NCBI GenBank assembly: GCA_904063045.1
Contig: CAJFCJ010000065.1
Location: forward strand, 117,311 to 162,924
Source of the DNA: Dimorphilus gyrociliatus
Taxonomy: Eukaryota > Animalia > Annelida
Length of the DNA stretch: 45,614 nucleotides
Direction of reading: 5' to 3'
Part shown: in pieces, positions 1 through 11,779 of the stretch
Layout: each line of letters opens with the position of its first letter
How positions within the stretch are numbered: the first letter of the stretch is position 1
The notes under the pieces: generated by a model
What the model was told of the DNA's origin: nothing
The model's database searches: none
Seen by the model: only the letters and a program-made list of their open reading frames with translations
Made by a program: the position numbers and the translations under genes

Positions 1-1503
1 CTATGCAATAACAAACTTGCAAGCACTGAATCAATTTCAGTTTGTTTAGCCATTTCCAATCTATCAAACAGAACTTCTGTTCTACATTCTGTAAATTTCG
101 GTTAAAAGTGTTCATTGAGCGAAATGTTTGTTTTACAAATAGTTATTGGACATTAGAATGCAGGCATTACGTCATTTCCTTAACTGCACACACACCTACA
201 CACATACACACATAAACATTACGTTTTATTCTGTTTACATCCTCTTTGACCTGTTGCAAAGATAAAATGTTACTCAAATTTTTCTTCATCATTCTATCAG
301 GGTTATGATTTGAATATTTTACTGCATAATTTCTCATCCGAACCATCCAGACAATCTTCTACAAAATTACAAACTAAAGCATAAGTTAAAGATAGATCAG
401 ATGAAAAACAGTTAAATTGTTCCACTTGTGAGAAAATTGAACAGTTTCTCTCATCTTCGGATGACGGACAATCAACTTTACCATCACAAACGTATACCAT
501 ATTTATATACGTTTGACTTTGATCGCAGACGAAAATGTTTATGCGTTGAGTACTATTGAAACTGAATCTCCTAATAAAGTGTTGTTTATCAATTTTAGAA
601 TTAAAGTGCAGAAATACAAGAAAGTTAACTTGGTTATATTCAAATAGTTTATTAAAACAAAAAAAAAGAATTCATCATTAAGTCACCAAGTTAGCTTGGA
701 AATATAAAACTAACAATTTGTAAACAGTTTCATTTTAAAGGCTTCTTCTATCAATATCATACTGTTGAGTTATCAAAGGAGCTTTCAATTTCAAAGGTCA
801 CCTTGAAACACAGTTACTTAATTGTTTCTATAATTCTTCTTATCTGCATCCATATTACATTATTATGTTTTTCTTGCAAATGTTCCATATTCACACATTG
901 GTAAACAACCTATCTATTTCCTACAATTACAATAAAACAAAGAACAAAGCTTGTCCATTCTATTAATTATAAAATTAATGAAATATTACTAGACATTTTA
1001 AACTTGTTTATACTTTTTTTATTTTATGAAATGCAGTTTTCTAAGTAACAATTAAAGATTTTCACACGTCAATTCAATAACAAATTAGATAATGCAATTC
1101 TAGTTTGTAACATTCTCCTTAGGCTTTTCCCAAATGCGAAAATGTCCAATCTATCACCATTTTCATCCAACATATACATTTTCACTACCAATAGCATCCA
1201 TCTACTCTGCTCTTCTTTAACCTAATTAATTTAAAACAAAAATAAGAAGTTTAACACTGAATTGTTTTACAATTTTATAGAATATTTTTCAACCTGAACA
1301 GCTATTGTATGAAATGAAATATTGCCTCCTAATGCCAATTTAGAGACATGGCAAAAAGAGATTGCAGTTGTTATTGATTTTGAAATCTCATGTATACTCG
1401 CTATTGTAAACACTGGAAGGGAACTTTTACATTTTTCCAAATTTTTTAAAGAAACATCTAAAGAGAGAAAATGATTTTGCATTTTAGAGAAAAAATCAAA
1501 ATC
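1..1503 (-). CDS. GRL101/LGR-like receptor paralog A, partial (C-type-lectin-like exons plus a double-LDLa exon; remainder runs off the left edge)
   Basis: Exon ~303-600 encodes VYVCDGKVDCPSSEDERNC...LVCNFVEDCLDGSDEKLC, the same double-LDLa exon seen in the three other copies. 1267-1503 (KCKS...SITTAISFCHVSKLAL) resembles the start of a degenerate C-type lectin domain. Upstream exon boundaries are uncertain. Confidence 0.6.
187..214. repeat. Imperfect (CA)n microsatellite
   Basis: cacacacacctacacacatacacacata read directly. Confidence 0.7.
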
Positions 1504-1635
1504 TATAAATAGAAATATAAGCAAATAAGCTATTAGCTGTTTGTTCAGTAAGTAAACAATTATATCACATACTATCTTCCAACTGCCTATTTAACATCAT
1601 TTTCATAGAAATTTCACTGAAAATATTGAATACTG

Positions 1636-4600
1636 TTATATGAAAAGAAAATGTTTAAATATTTTGAAAGAACAGACTGTTTTATTTTTTTCTCTAGTAA
1701 AGAAGAATTATAATGATTTTTCATATCTTGTAATGAGTATAACAGTGGATTTATCACTGCATTCAAAGGAAAAATCACAATCACTATTGTAGTATAAAAC
1801 TCTTTGGAGATAATTAGTTGAAAAAATACTGAGTAGATTCCTATAAGGTATTATTTATTTTCAATGATTTTAAGTCTGCCTAAATTTCAAAATTCTACTA
1901 AATCACTAACCTAACAAAGAAATTGGAAACCAACACAAAATATTTGTTAGGACAATTAGAAATACTTTCACTTTAATCTTCCTCTGTTGAGCTTCAAAAT
2001 TCAATTTCTCAACTAGATTTTTTGTTTTTAAAGTTCTTTTCCAAATAATAAAGTAAATAATACAAATTACCAAGCATACAGTGCTAACAAAACAACCAAA
2101 GAGCAAAAATGAGTAAAACCATCCTTCATTTTTTTCACTTGAAATATGTAGTGTAAAACAAATGGCACTATTTGAATAATATTCCTATATAAAAAAGTAT
2201 GATTGATTGAAAACATTAGTGTTGAGAGTATATCAAATAATAAATTGTTTGCTTACACCATAAATAAGAACTGGTAGAACAGAACAGATAATTGAGAATG
2301 AAAATATGAATAATAGAAAAAGCCACTTTTTAAAAGAAAGAAAAATTTTTAACCAAGGATAGACAATTGTTTGGAACCTTTCTAATGTTATAAGCATCAA
2401 ACTCAGAACTGATAATTGAATAGAAAAACTACAAAATATTCCAATTATTGAACAGCCTAAACTATTTCTCCATTTAAAATCATTTTCTATATAATTTCCT
2501 CTAAAAGTTAAGTCAACAATTCCAATTGAAATGAAATAGATTGAAGTACTCAAATCTGCAAATGTCAAAGTTATATAGAAAATATTTTTCTTCTTTTTAC
2601 AGAAAAGCAGCCTGAAAATTAAAGATGTTAAATTTTCAAAAAATGCTAATAGGCCTAATAGCCATATAAGAGTTTTCAAAAAGTTTGATTCTAATAAATC
2701 ATCACAAGAATTGAAAAGAGATTTGTCAGGTTTACAATTCTTTACATTCATTGAATATTTCCATGCAAAGCAGCATAACTCAAAATATTTACTTGTTAAA
2801 TTTTCAAGTTTTTGTAAGTGTTCCATAAGAAATTTACCATCAGCTAAGAAAATTATTGTATCTTGTAAATTGAGATTTTTTAAAAATACAAGATGATAAA
2901 ATGACTTGGCATGGATTTCTCTGATATGGCAATAACTGAGATCAAGATGTTCAAGTTTATCAAGATTTGCGAAAAGTTCAGATGCAATTGAGTTTAGGTT
3001 TGTTCTTGATAGATCAAGCTTTCTTAGATTTTTAAAAATACCAAAAGAAAAGTTTGATGGTCTAAACAGAAAACTTTTGCTAAGTATCAAAATTTGAAGC
3101 TTATTATCCAAATTTTCAACTAATTTCTGCAAATATACGACTCCATTGTGACTTGCATTTAAAAAAAATACATTTGGAAAATGTCTAAGCATTCTATCCA
3201 TAGTAATATTACTCATTATTACTGTTAGATATGAAACAGATGGGTGAATTTTATTGAAAATTTTGTATAAAAAATGAAAATTTGAAATGTATAATTTTTT
3301 TCCATAAAAAGTCTTAGAGTTATTTAAAGTTTTTACAGTAAACAAGTTAAAGTTACACTTGACATTGTAAAAATTTTCACAGGAGCAGTAAATTGGGCAG
3401 GAATTTAGAGCAATGCAGTAAATTTCATCACTTCCTTGGATACAATCCACAATTCCATTACAAACATCAGAGAGGAGAATATAAAATCTTTCTTTACGGC
3501 ATTTGAAAAAACCCTTTGGTTTAAAATTTTCTAAAGTGAATGAAATTATGAATAATGGAATGAATTTTTGTTTTTCTGGCCCCAATTTATATATATATAT
3601 ATATAGATATATACCACAGTCAAGTTCATCATCATATTCTTCACAGTGAACAACACCATCACACACTTGTTTTATTGAAATACAGTAATTTGTATTTCTA
3701 CATAAATATGCACCATTTTTGCATTTATCAAGTTTACATCCAAGTAGATGCTTATATGGATAATGAACTTTTGTTAATAAATTGCCTGTTGAGTCATACT
3801 CAACATAACAATTTTGCTTGCTTATATCTATTATGTCATCCATTATATTTGAACATATAGTATTTTCTTCACTGGTAAATTTTTTCCTACAGATGGCCAA
3901 TGTTTCGTCGGCAGAATCAAAACAATCTGCATGAAAATCACATTCTTTTGAGCTAGGCAGACATTTCTCATCACAGGGGAAATATTTATCACTGCATTCT
4001 AAATGAAAAAAAAAACACCTATGAAATAAAGAATGATTCTGGGAGATTTCATCTCTTATGTTTGGGCGTTTTTTTTTTATCAAAGAATTAGCAAGAGAAG
4101 CTGAACTAATACATGTTCAAAAAATATTGTCAGAGGGGAAATTCAAAAGATTAGAGAATGGAAAAAATATGAAAATCTTCAGTCAAATATTTTCTATTTT
4201 GGGATCAGTTTGAAAAAAAAAGAAAAATCAATTTGGATATTCTCTTAGAGCATTAGTACTATTTTTATATATCAGTATATATACTGTATATATATTATAT
4301 TTAATCGATTTTTAATATTTAATTAATATATGTTTAATATAGTAAAAATAGTCCTAGAAAATACACAACACATTCCTACAAATGGACGAAAAGTCCAGAA
4401 TAAAATGAAAAAATGTCCCTGCAAAAGGGATGAAATGTCCCGACCCCAAAAATTATATGTACAGGGTTACTTAAAGAATTTTTCCGCTTACCAGTTACTT
4501 CTGTAGAATTTTCCTGAAAACTGGTAGGACATATTTCATCAGAACCATCAATACAATTGATTTCACTGTTACAAAAATAGGTTGAGTTAATGCATTTGAA

Positions 4601-7600
4601 ATTCTTGCACCTGTGTTTGAATTGATATTCTTCTAATTTTAAGCTGTGATATAATACAGACTAAAACCTTTTGCTTGTTGATGAGCAATCATCCCACACT
4701 GTTTAAAGAGATGTCATTAAAAGGTGTGTTTATATATTCTAAATGGATTATTAGGGAAGAGGTTTAAAATAAATTCTTAAACCATTTTTCATAGAATTGA
4801 TCAATTGCAACTTTATTTGAAAAATCACTTCTTCTTATGTCAATGATTGAGAGAAACAAGAATATTATAATTATATAACAGATTTACCACAGTTTTTCTC
4901 ATCAGCTCCATCGGAACAATCCCGTAAATGATCACAAACATATTTATAGCTTATTTTGTAACCATCTCCACACTGGTATTCATCTAATTGAGGGCAATTT
5001 TTTTCATCTTCACCAGAGAAACAATCCTGATAGCCATCACACTGATAAATTCTATTAATACAGATTTCATCCTCTAAACAAAGGAATAAATGCTGAGAAC
5101 ACATATCTTTATTGATATCAAGGTGTAAAGATTGACTAAGTATTCTTCCATTCTTTCCTTTCAATCCATCAACTATTTTTTAATGAGGAAAAATATTTGT
5201 TCTCACTTTTGTGGCTATTTTCAGTTTTTACCTGCTGGGTTAATGCATGGTAGAAATGTTATTTGTTTCATTTTACATATAGAAGGTTCAATGATGTATG
5301 ATTCAAATTTTGAAGTGAAGAAGTTGTTTTTTTTCTTAATTTTAGGTGGCAGTTCAAGTTTTTTATAAATAAAACATTTGGAAATTTTAGAAATTGTTGC
5401 TTGCTTAATAGCATTGTCATATAGAATTCTGCCACAAAGATCATCCACTAATCTTTGGATGATGAAGGACTTAATTAAAATGTTAAATAGTACTTTCTTT
5501 TTAAATTTTGGTTACATAATCACCTAAAATGAACTGGTTCAGTTGAAGTAAAATCATATGGTTTGTTATCTAAATGAACTATGACTGATCTATTTCTTCT
5601 ATCTTTTATTGTTTTGAGTTCTACAATATACAAATGAAGTATAATGGATTAATGTTAGAAGACATATATTCACTTCCAGGTAAATTGAAATATAAAATAT
5701 TCGATTCATTCCTTTCTAATGACATAAACATTTCAATAAATTTAAAAAACTCATATTGTTCAGATGATATAAAGCTTAGTGTACTATTTTTCCTTCTACA
5801 AACATTTTCACTTGTATCAATAGATATTTTGTTTTTGTAATGCATTAATAGAAAACAGTAACTTTTAAACAGAAATGCATCTTTGTTCTGACATACTGCA
5901 ACCATATAAAAGTAAGAGACATTTTAAAAATTATATTTTAAATTTACAAAAAAGACCTTGACCATTATTTAAACATTTTATTTCAACATAAAAAAATTTT
6001 CTTTCTTGTCTACTGTTTAAAACTGAATTTATTATTTCATCATTTGCATTTACAGTACACAAAGATCTAGTTTCATTTTTCAATTGAGTACATTTCATAC
6101 TTAGATAATAGTTTAGAAACTTTGCTGATTTATAGGTATAGCTAAAAATTTTGCCAAATTTAAAACCAAATGTTTTACACAGATAATTCAATTGCTGAAA
6201 TTTTAATGATTCAACTGTTGTTTGAAACCAAACATTTTTATAAAGTATTTGTAAATTCCCAACAAAATGTGTAAGATTGTGATTTGTATTAAAATTTAAA
6301 ATACTTTTAGTGTTTCTGAAAAGTCTATAATGAAAATCTATAGAAAAAATTTTCTTGATTATAGAAATATTGTGTATTTAAAAACAGAAAGAAAAACTAA
6401 AGATGAAAACCTTTATATGATCCTGCTTCACAGAATATAAATAATGCTTTAATAAAATAACGAGTAGTTGACATTTTACAAGTAGAAAAATCATTATTCT
6501 TCAAGTTACAATTTGAAAATGATATTGAATTATCATAAAATTTGTTACTAATTGTTCTACAATTTTTCTTAAAATTTAACATTCTATATTTTCCAAAATT
6601 CATAACTTTATAGCTTGGTCCAAGTATTTTATTACTTAATTTACATAAAGATGATCCCATCTTAAAATTATCCTCTTTCTCATTGAAAATCAATGGAAAA
6701 TGTCCCATCGTTTTTGAATTAACCATAAAAGATATTCCAACTGGAAAGTATTTTCCAAAAATTATCTCCTGAAACAAATTTGGCATTTCTTCAATAACAA
6801 AATCTAGAAAAAAAAAAATCCAAATAAGAAGATGAAAAGAATTGCGTTTTCATCCATCAACCTTTTAACTCGGGAAAATTACAAAGAAAAATTTGTTTAC
6901 TAAAATCATTGAGTTGATTAATTAAGTAAAATTTAAATGATCCATTATTTTGTAATATAGCAGATTTATCATTAACTAGGTAAATATTTTCATGATTCTG
7001 TCGATAGAATAATGCTCTTTTGCATAGATTTTCATTCTTTACATTACGATCTCTGAATAAGAGAATAGTTTGTCCATTATATCTTACATACAGTTGATAC
7101 TTTGAATGTCTATTTATTTCATAGGCAAACATAACTAGTACAAAAGGTGAGAAATTACTTTTATATTATATTATCATTTTTAAAATTAACAGAAAATATC
7201 CTTTCTTTCTGTATATTTAATCATTTTGTTATTATTCAATACCTAGATATAAGAATGGAAATCATGGATATTTTCTACTATATATATTTTGCTTCTCTCT
7301 TTACAAGGTTTATTAGTAATGAAACATTTTAGGCACATTAAAGCTATCTTGACATTCTTAAGATGGTTATACGAATACCTTTTGAGAAGAAGTTTAAAAC
7401 TATTTTAACAAGAAATTTACACAAACAATTCACAACTTACAATTCAGCTTTGTTATCATCAAATGCCAAAACATATTCTGGTTTTTCTAATGGGAATGTA
7501 GAAATTCTTATTTTAAAAAAATCATAATTTTATCTTACTATATTTCCTTAGTTTGCATCCTTGAATCAGGTTAAACTTTGGATCATATCCCATTGAATAG

Positions 7601-7866
7601 CAAATATTTTGAACAAATTCAGTTGTAAATTGAGTTTGTGAAAATGGAATAAAAGCAATTTTTCCAGTTTTGTTTGTTACTAATATTTTAATATTTAATA
7701 TTCCATAACTAAAATATTCATTTTCTTCTATTTTCTCAAGGAAAAAATTCGCATTTTCTTGTTCAAAATTCATTAAAAACCTTCCTTTGAAGTATTGACA
7801 ATATGGTAAAATTTCAGATACAAAATTAATAACAATTATAAGAATACAATGAAAAATTAAAGGCAT
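1636..7866 (-). CDS. GRL101/LGR-like GPCR paralog B: signal peptide - SRCR-like x3-4 - C-type-lectin-like - LDLa array - LRR - 7TM (multi-exon; one likely in-frame TAG at 4661-4663)
   Basis: ATG 7866 with a hydrophobic N-terminus (MPLIFHCILIIVINFVS). SRCR-like exons: YGILNIK...QNICYSMGY (7570-7720) and GNLQILYKNVWF...LNYLCKTFGFKFG (5950-6290). CTL-like VCQNKDAFLFKSYCFLL...ENVC (5620-5900). Many LDLa repeats (CDG..DC.DGSDE) and LxxLxLxxN LRRs. Hinge LCCFAW...DSLFNSCDDLL, TM3 ITLERF, spliced EYYSNSAICF, TM6 NILCWFPI, TM7 FPLNAVINPLLYS, stop at 1636-1638. Confidence 0.85.
4383..4447. mobile_element. Solo right-hand terminus of a MULE/foldback-like DNA transposon in an intron of paralog B
   Basis: GC-rich island in an AT-rich intron, with repeated aaatgtccc units. 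It ends in CGACCCC, identical to the right end of the intact MULE at 22171-22177. No matching left end was found. Confidence 0.5.
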
Positions 7867-8502
7867 ATTGAATGTAATGATTTTAAAACATTTTTGCCAA
7901 CAGCAGTTGTATGTCTAATTAGTTGTTTTTGAAAAAATGATATTTTAATGCAAAATGTAAACATTTGATCTTCTTCTAATGGTTTTAAGAGTAAGATTCA
8001 ATGAGATCTACAAAGATTAATGTAAAATACATAGTTTGGATACTGTAAAGAGTATTGAAATAATTTTTGACATTACTACATGAGTAATTGATCCAAGTTC
8101 AATGATTAATATATTCTTGGATATCCTGATTGTCTTTTATATATAAAATTAACAATAACACTTTTCTTTCCTAGTTAATTTTAGTTAATGTATTTATTAA
8201 ATTGCATTTTTTTGTTAACTCGAAAAAAGTGCAATATCATTTTCAAAAGTCTTTGGATTATTTTGTTCATGTTCATGAAAACCTTTTGTACATCTTATTC
8301 GATTTCAATCAAGAGTCAGGGTCAAGGTCCTGGGTGATTTATTTTAACATGGATGAAGTAAAAAAAATATTCCTTCATGATTTTATAGCTGACGAAACAG
8401 CAATTTCAAATACAAATTTAATTTTTAAAATATGTTTAATATAAAGTTTATGCTAGGAATGCTTTATCTGTTGATTGAACATGTTCAATTTAGCAGTTGG
8501 TC

Positions 8503-8560
8503 TGCTGTTTTAAGCGCATCATAGATCCTAACCCTTAGTTTGGACCCATCTAATTACAAG
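8503..8560 (-). repeat. Copy of a dispersed TTAGGG-containing repeat family
   Basis: ctgttttaagcgcatcatagatcctaacccttagtttggacccatctaattac aligns with the reverse complement of 28590-28645. Confidence 0.7.
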
Positions 8561-8568
8561 TCAACTGA

Positions 8569-8826
8569 TTAAATATTTTTTCTAACCCATTCCCAACCCA
8601 AAATTTTACCCCAAAATAACTTCAAAATGCTCGCTTTCAAAAGATCCCCTTTGATACCCACTCTCTTAAAATATTTTTTTGTTGTGGCTGCTGTTTGACA
8701 ACTAACCCTATCCTGCTGGAAATTTTTGCGTTTGCTGAATACTCTGTTATAGTCTAATGCCCTCTTATAATGAAACACTATACCTAAGTCCTTATTTCCA
8801 TTAAACTTGATATAACCAAAAGCCAT
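8569..8826 (-). mobile_element. Possible non-LTR retrotransposon remnant (post-RT region)
   Basis: KDLGIVF...DRVSCQTAA...KASILKLF..ILGWEW loosely follows the (Y/K)LG...RI..A...K..L...YG.E.W pattern after LINE RT cores. No catalytic YADD motif is visible. Confidence 0.3.
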
Positions 8827-8997
8827 GATAATCCCTCCCCCAAAAATTTCACTATTTTTGTTGTGTGATGTTTAAAAAATATCAAAGTCAGAAATGATCA
8901 CCTCTATGATGACTGCATATCAAATAGCTGTTTTCCTGTAACTGGAATAATTTATCAAGTTCATAGATACCTTCTTTCCTTTGTATTTATTTCAGCT

Positions 8998-9417
8998 AAC
9001 CTACAAACACACATCATCTCCACCTGAAAAAAAGCTAAAAATGACTAAATCAGCTGAAAAACTGATGTGTACAGTTTTCTGGGACTGTTCGGGATTAATC
9101 CATCTTGAATTTATGGTGAAACAGTCAACTCAATAGCATTTGTGGAGACCCTAAAGAGATTAAGAAGGAGACTGCATAGGATAAGGCCTGGAAAACAGAT
9201 TATTTTACAACATGACAATGCAAGACTCCATACCAGTCTGCACACAACTCTTTTTATCAGAAATCAGGGATGGTCTGTCTGTCCATATCCCCCATGCGGC
9301 CCTGATTTGGCCCCATCTAATTTGTACCTGTTTGGATGAGTGAAAGATCGTATCAGGGGAGTTGATTACCAAAAATTAGATGAGCTAAAAAAAAACATCA
9401 GGGAATTTTTGAGGAAT
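8998..9417 (+). mobile_element. Mariner transposase fragment (5'- and 3'-truncated pseudogene)
   Basis: Encodes YKHTSSPPEKKLKMTKSAEKLMCTVFWD, ILQHDNARLH and YPPCGPDLAPSNLYLF. Directly alignable to the full-length copy at 32530-32955. Has a small deletion, a stop and no TIRs. Confidence 0.9.
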
Positions 9418-9449
9418 CAAAATATCTCACAAGTTGAGTGTGTTGAAGC

Positions 9450-10926
9450 AGCATCCATCCTTAAATGTCTCTTGAAAAGATATACTGTAGTGTCTAAATT
9501 GGAAAAAATGCTCAATAGCCAAGGAATGATTCCATAGTTCATTATGCCGATCCAAAATCATACAATAATTTCTTTCCATAACATTATTATCAAATTATTT
9601 TAATTCTTTGATTCCAGCTACTGTTAATTTAGGCTTTTCTGGAAGTAAACATCTTATTTTTAGACATGAAATATACATTAAATTCAATGATTTAGCTATG
9701 CAAAGGCTTTTACTGGGTTATGTCGAAGAACATTGCATTATATTAATATATTCAGATTTGAATTTAGCAACAAAAATTCCAAAATGTTAACATTTCAACT
9801 AACAATATGAATGAGTTTAAAGGTCTAGTACACAAAGGATCTCATTCCAGTAATCAGGTAAAAAGGCCTGTTTTTTTTTTGTTTGTTTAAGTGTATACAG
9901 TAAAAAAATTGGAACACCATAAATTTTGATAGGCTGAACATTTTTTATTTTTTCTGTCTTAAATATTAGATTAAACATAGACATAAATGAATATCTTCTA
10001 AATAGAATTAGGTGACTTAATTAGAATTAAGCAAGTTTACACAAGTTTGTAAACTTAATTCATCTAGTCTATAGTTTAGATCCCCTGCATAAAGGACTGA
10101 CTCATTTGCTGGTATATTTAGAGTCTGAGTAAATGATGCCATTTCTTGACACTGAGCTTCTCTTATAGTATTATCATCACCACCTCCACTTTGTAAGTGA
10201 GTTGACATTAAATTATAGAGCATTGTAACACCATTAACAGTTTTCTCAATTCTGGCGTATGAGACACCTTTTGCTACAAAAATTTCTGCTGTAAAAAAAA
10301 TTACAGCTTTAAATATATAACTTTCTTCTCTTACTATCGGCCATTTTGAAGTAATAAATATTCCACCATTTATTGCTAATATACTGTCTACAATGGATTT
10401 TGCATACTTGAAACCATAGTAAGAGAGTACTTTTTTCAAAGACAAGTTGTTTTCATCACAGCCACCAAGAAACACTTCTTGGAAAGCAATGGCATCGACA
10501 TCTGGAATAGTTTCCAATATCCATGAAGGTATTCTGCAAGTTCTTTCTCTCTGACCATCAACACTTACAAAGTAGAAACGCTCAAATATATTGTACATCA
10601 AAAATTTGAATTCATTGGCTGGTGTTGTAGATAGTTTTGGTTTTGGTTTTACAACACAACGTATAGCACGTCCTCCATTAAAACAGTCAAAATCTTCTGC
10701 GAATGAATGTGATATATCATATTCGAGCCCATAGTTTACACAATCTTGAGGGACAGCATTACAGTTCTGTTACCAAGTAAATGGCCTAGATGCTGGTTGA
10801 GGATCAATACATCTTCCATTTACTGGATTTTTTTCTCTGACCAGATGAACACAAATATAGATGTCTACAGAAATTTACTGACAGAAAAGAAAACAGAAAA
10901 ATGTAAAATATCTTTAGGAATGTCAT
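9450..10926 (-). pseudogene. Secreted sphingomyelinase C-like (EEP/nSMase fold) gene, apparently intronless, disrupted
   Basis: ATG 10926 gives the signal-like MTFLKIFYIFLFSFLSVNFC, then a Cys-rich segment, then EEP motifs LMYNIFER, DVDAIAFQEVF, NGGIFITSKWPI, AKGVSYARI, STHLQS, YAGDLN. Lesions: +1 A in an A7 run (~10830), TAA at ~10778, stop at 10017. Downstream sequence is degraded, so the left boundary is approximate. Confidence 0.75.
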
Positions 10927-11159
10927 ATTTGCAAATTCGCTGCTTCAACTGAATAACTCCAAGTTCAGGAACACAGACTATTAAAGTAGTGAAAATAAAT
11001 TGAACAAAGAGTTGCCTGAACCATAAAGTTTGAATGCTCAGATCGCCTCTATGGCAAATCTTTTATAGAAAAAACAATTTGCAATCTTTGAACATTAGAG
11101 GCTAAAATCATAGAAAAAGAAAAAAGTTCAAGGAGATAATAATTACACAAATAATCCAT

Positions 11160-11255
11160 CTAAGGGTTAGGAGCAATCAAAAAGGTTAAGGAGAGACAAG
11201 GGCTAGGTTAGGGTTGGGGTTAAACCGTGCATTTGGGGACGTTTTCTGTCGTATC
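11160..11255 (+). repeat. Copy of the dispersed TTAGGG-containing repeat family
   Basis: taagggttaggagcaat...gggctaggttagggttggggttaaac...ggacgtttt parallels 28612-28700. Confidence 0.55.
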
Positions 11256-11485
11256 CAAAATACTAGGGTCACCCAAAAAATTCTTGCCATTTTGCTGTAT
11301 TTTTAAAATGGTACACTGTAGACCTATATTTTTATCATTAATAGAAAGTGAATTAAGTAATGTACCATCACTAAAAACTTTCTCAACTTACAAGCTCTGG
11401 TTGAAAAGTTATTGAGACTTTAGTTGTGGCATGGTATGGATGATAGTATAAGTATACCACCTACAAACTAGCCAATATCTTGTTG

Positions 11486-11660
11486 GGTAATGCTGCCTCA
11501 TCCAGCCTAAAGCCCAGATCTTGCTCCATCAAACTATTATCTTTTCTGGAAATTAAAGGACCATCTTTGTGGACAAATATTTGAAAATGATGATGAATTA
11601 AAAACAGCAGTAAGGGCATATTTTAGGTCCAAGCCGCCTGAATAGTTTGCCAAAGGAATC
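11486..11660 (+). mobile_element. Mariner transposase C-terminal fragment (divergent subfamily)
   Basis: Translates WVMLPHPA*SPDLAPSNYYLFWKLKDHLCGQIFENDDELKTAV, the mariner YSPDLAPSD motif region, with stops. Confidence 0.85.
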
Positions 11661-11779
11661 TTTTAGAGAGTTTAAATTCATCAAATTGGCATATTCTCTT
11701 TGTACTGGATATTTTTAACAGGAAAATATCATCAAATGAATCTAAAAATATAAATGTCACCTGGTAACAAAAACTTAAA

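Noticed and set aside
2711-3860. Short plus-strand ORFs (2711-2896, 3675-3860) and similar ones at 5132, 5634, 7147, 15376, 35236, 35557, 42475; minus-strand ones at 12559, 12790, 22744, 23338, 32081
   Set aside because: They are antisense shadows of well-supported genes or transposases on the opposite strand and have no motifs of their own.
4262-4330. AT-rich palindromic stretch (cagtatatatactg and TA runs)
   Set aside because: Short self-complementarity is expected in TA-rich low-complexity introns.
8200-8300. Minus-strand peptide HEQNNPKTFENDIALF resembling the trypsin catalytic-Asp motif
   Set aside because: No His (TAAHC) or Ser (GDSGGP) motif nearby and stops on both sides. At most a tiny relic, so it could not be supported as a domain of receptor B.
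9896-9930. TA|CAGtaaaaaaattggaacacc resembling a Tc1-type terminus inside the SMase relic
   Set aside because: No partner TIR or transposase sequence; too short to call.
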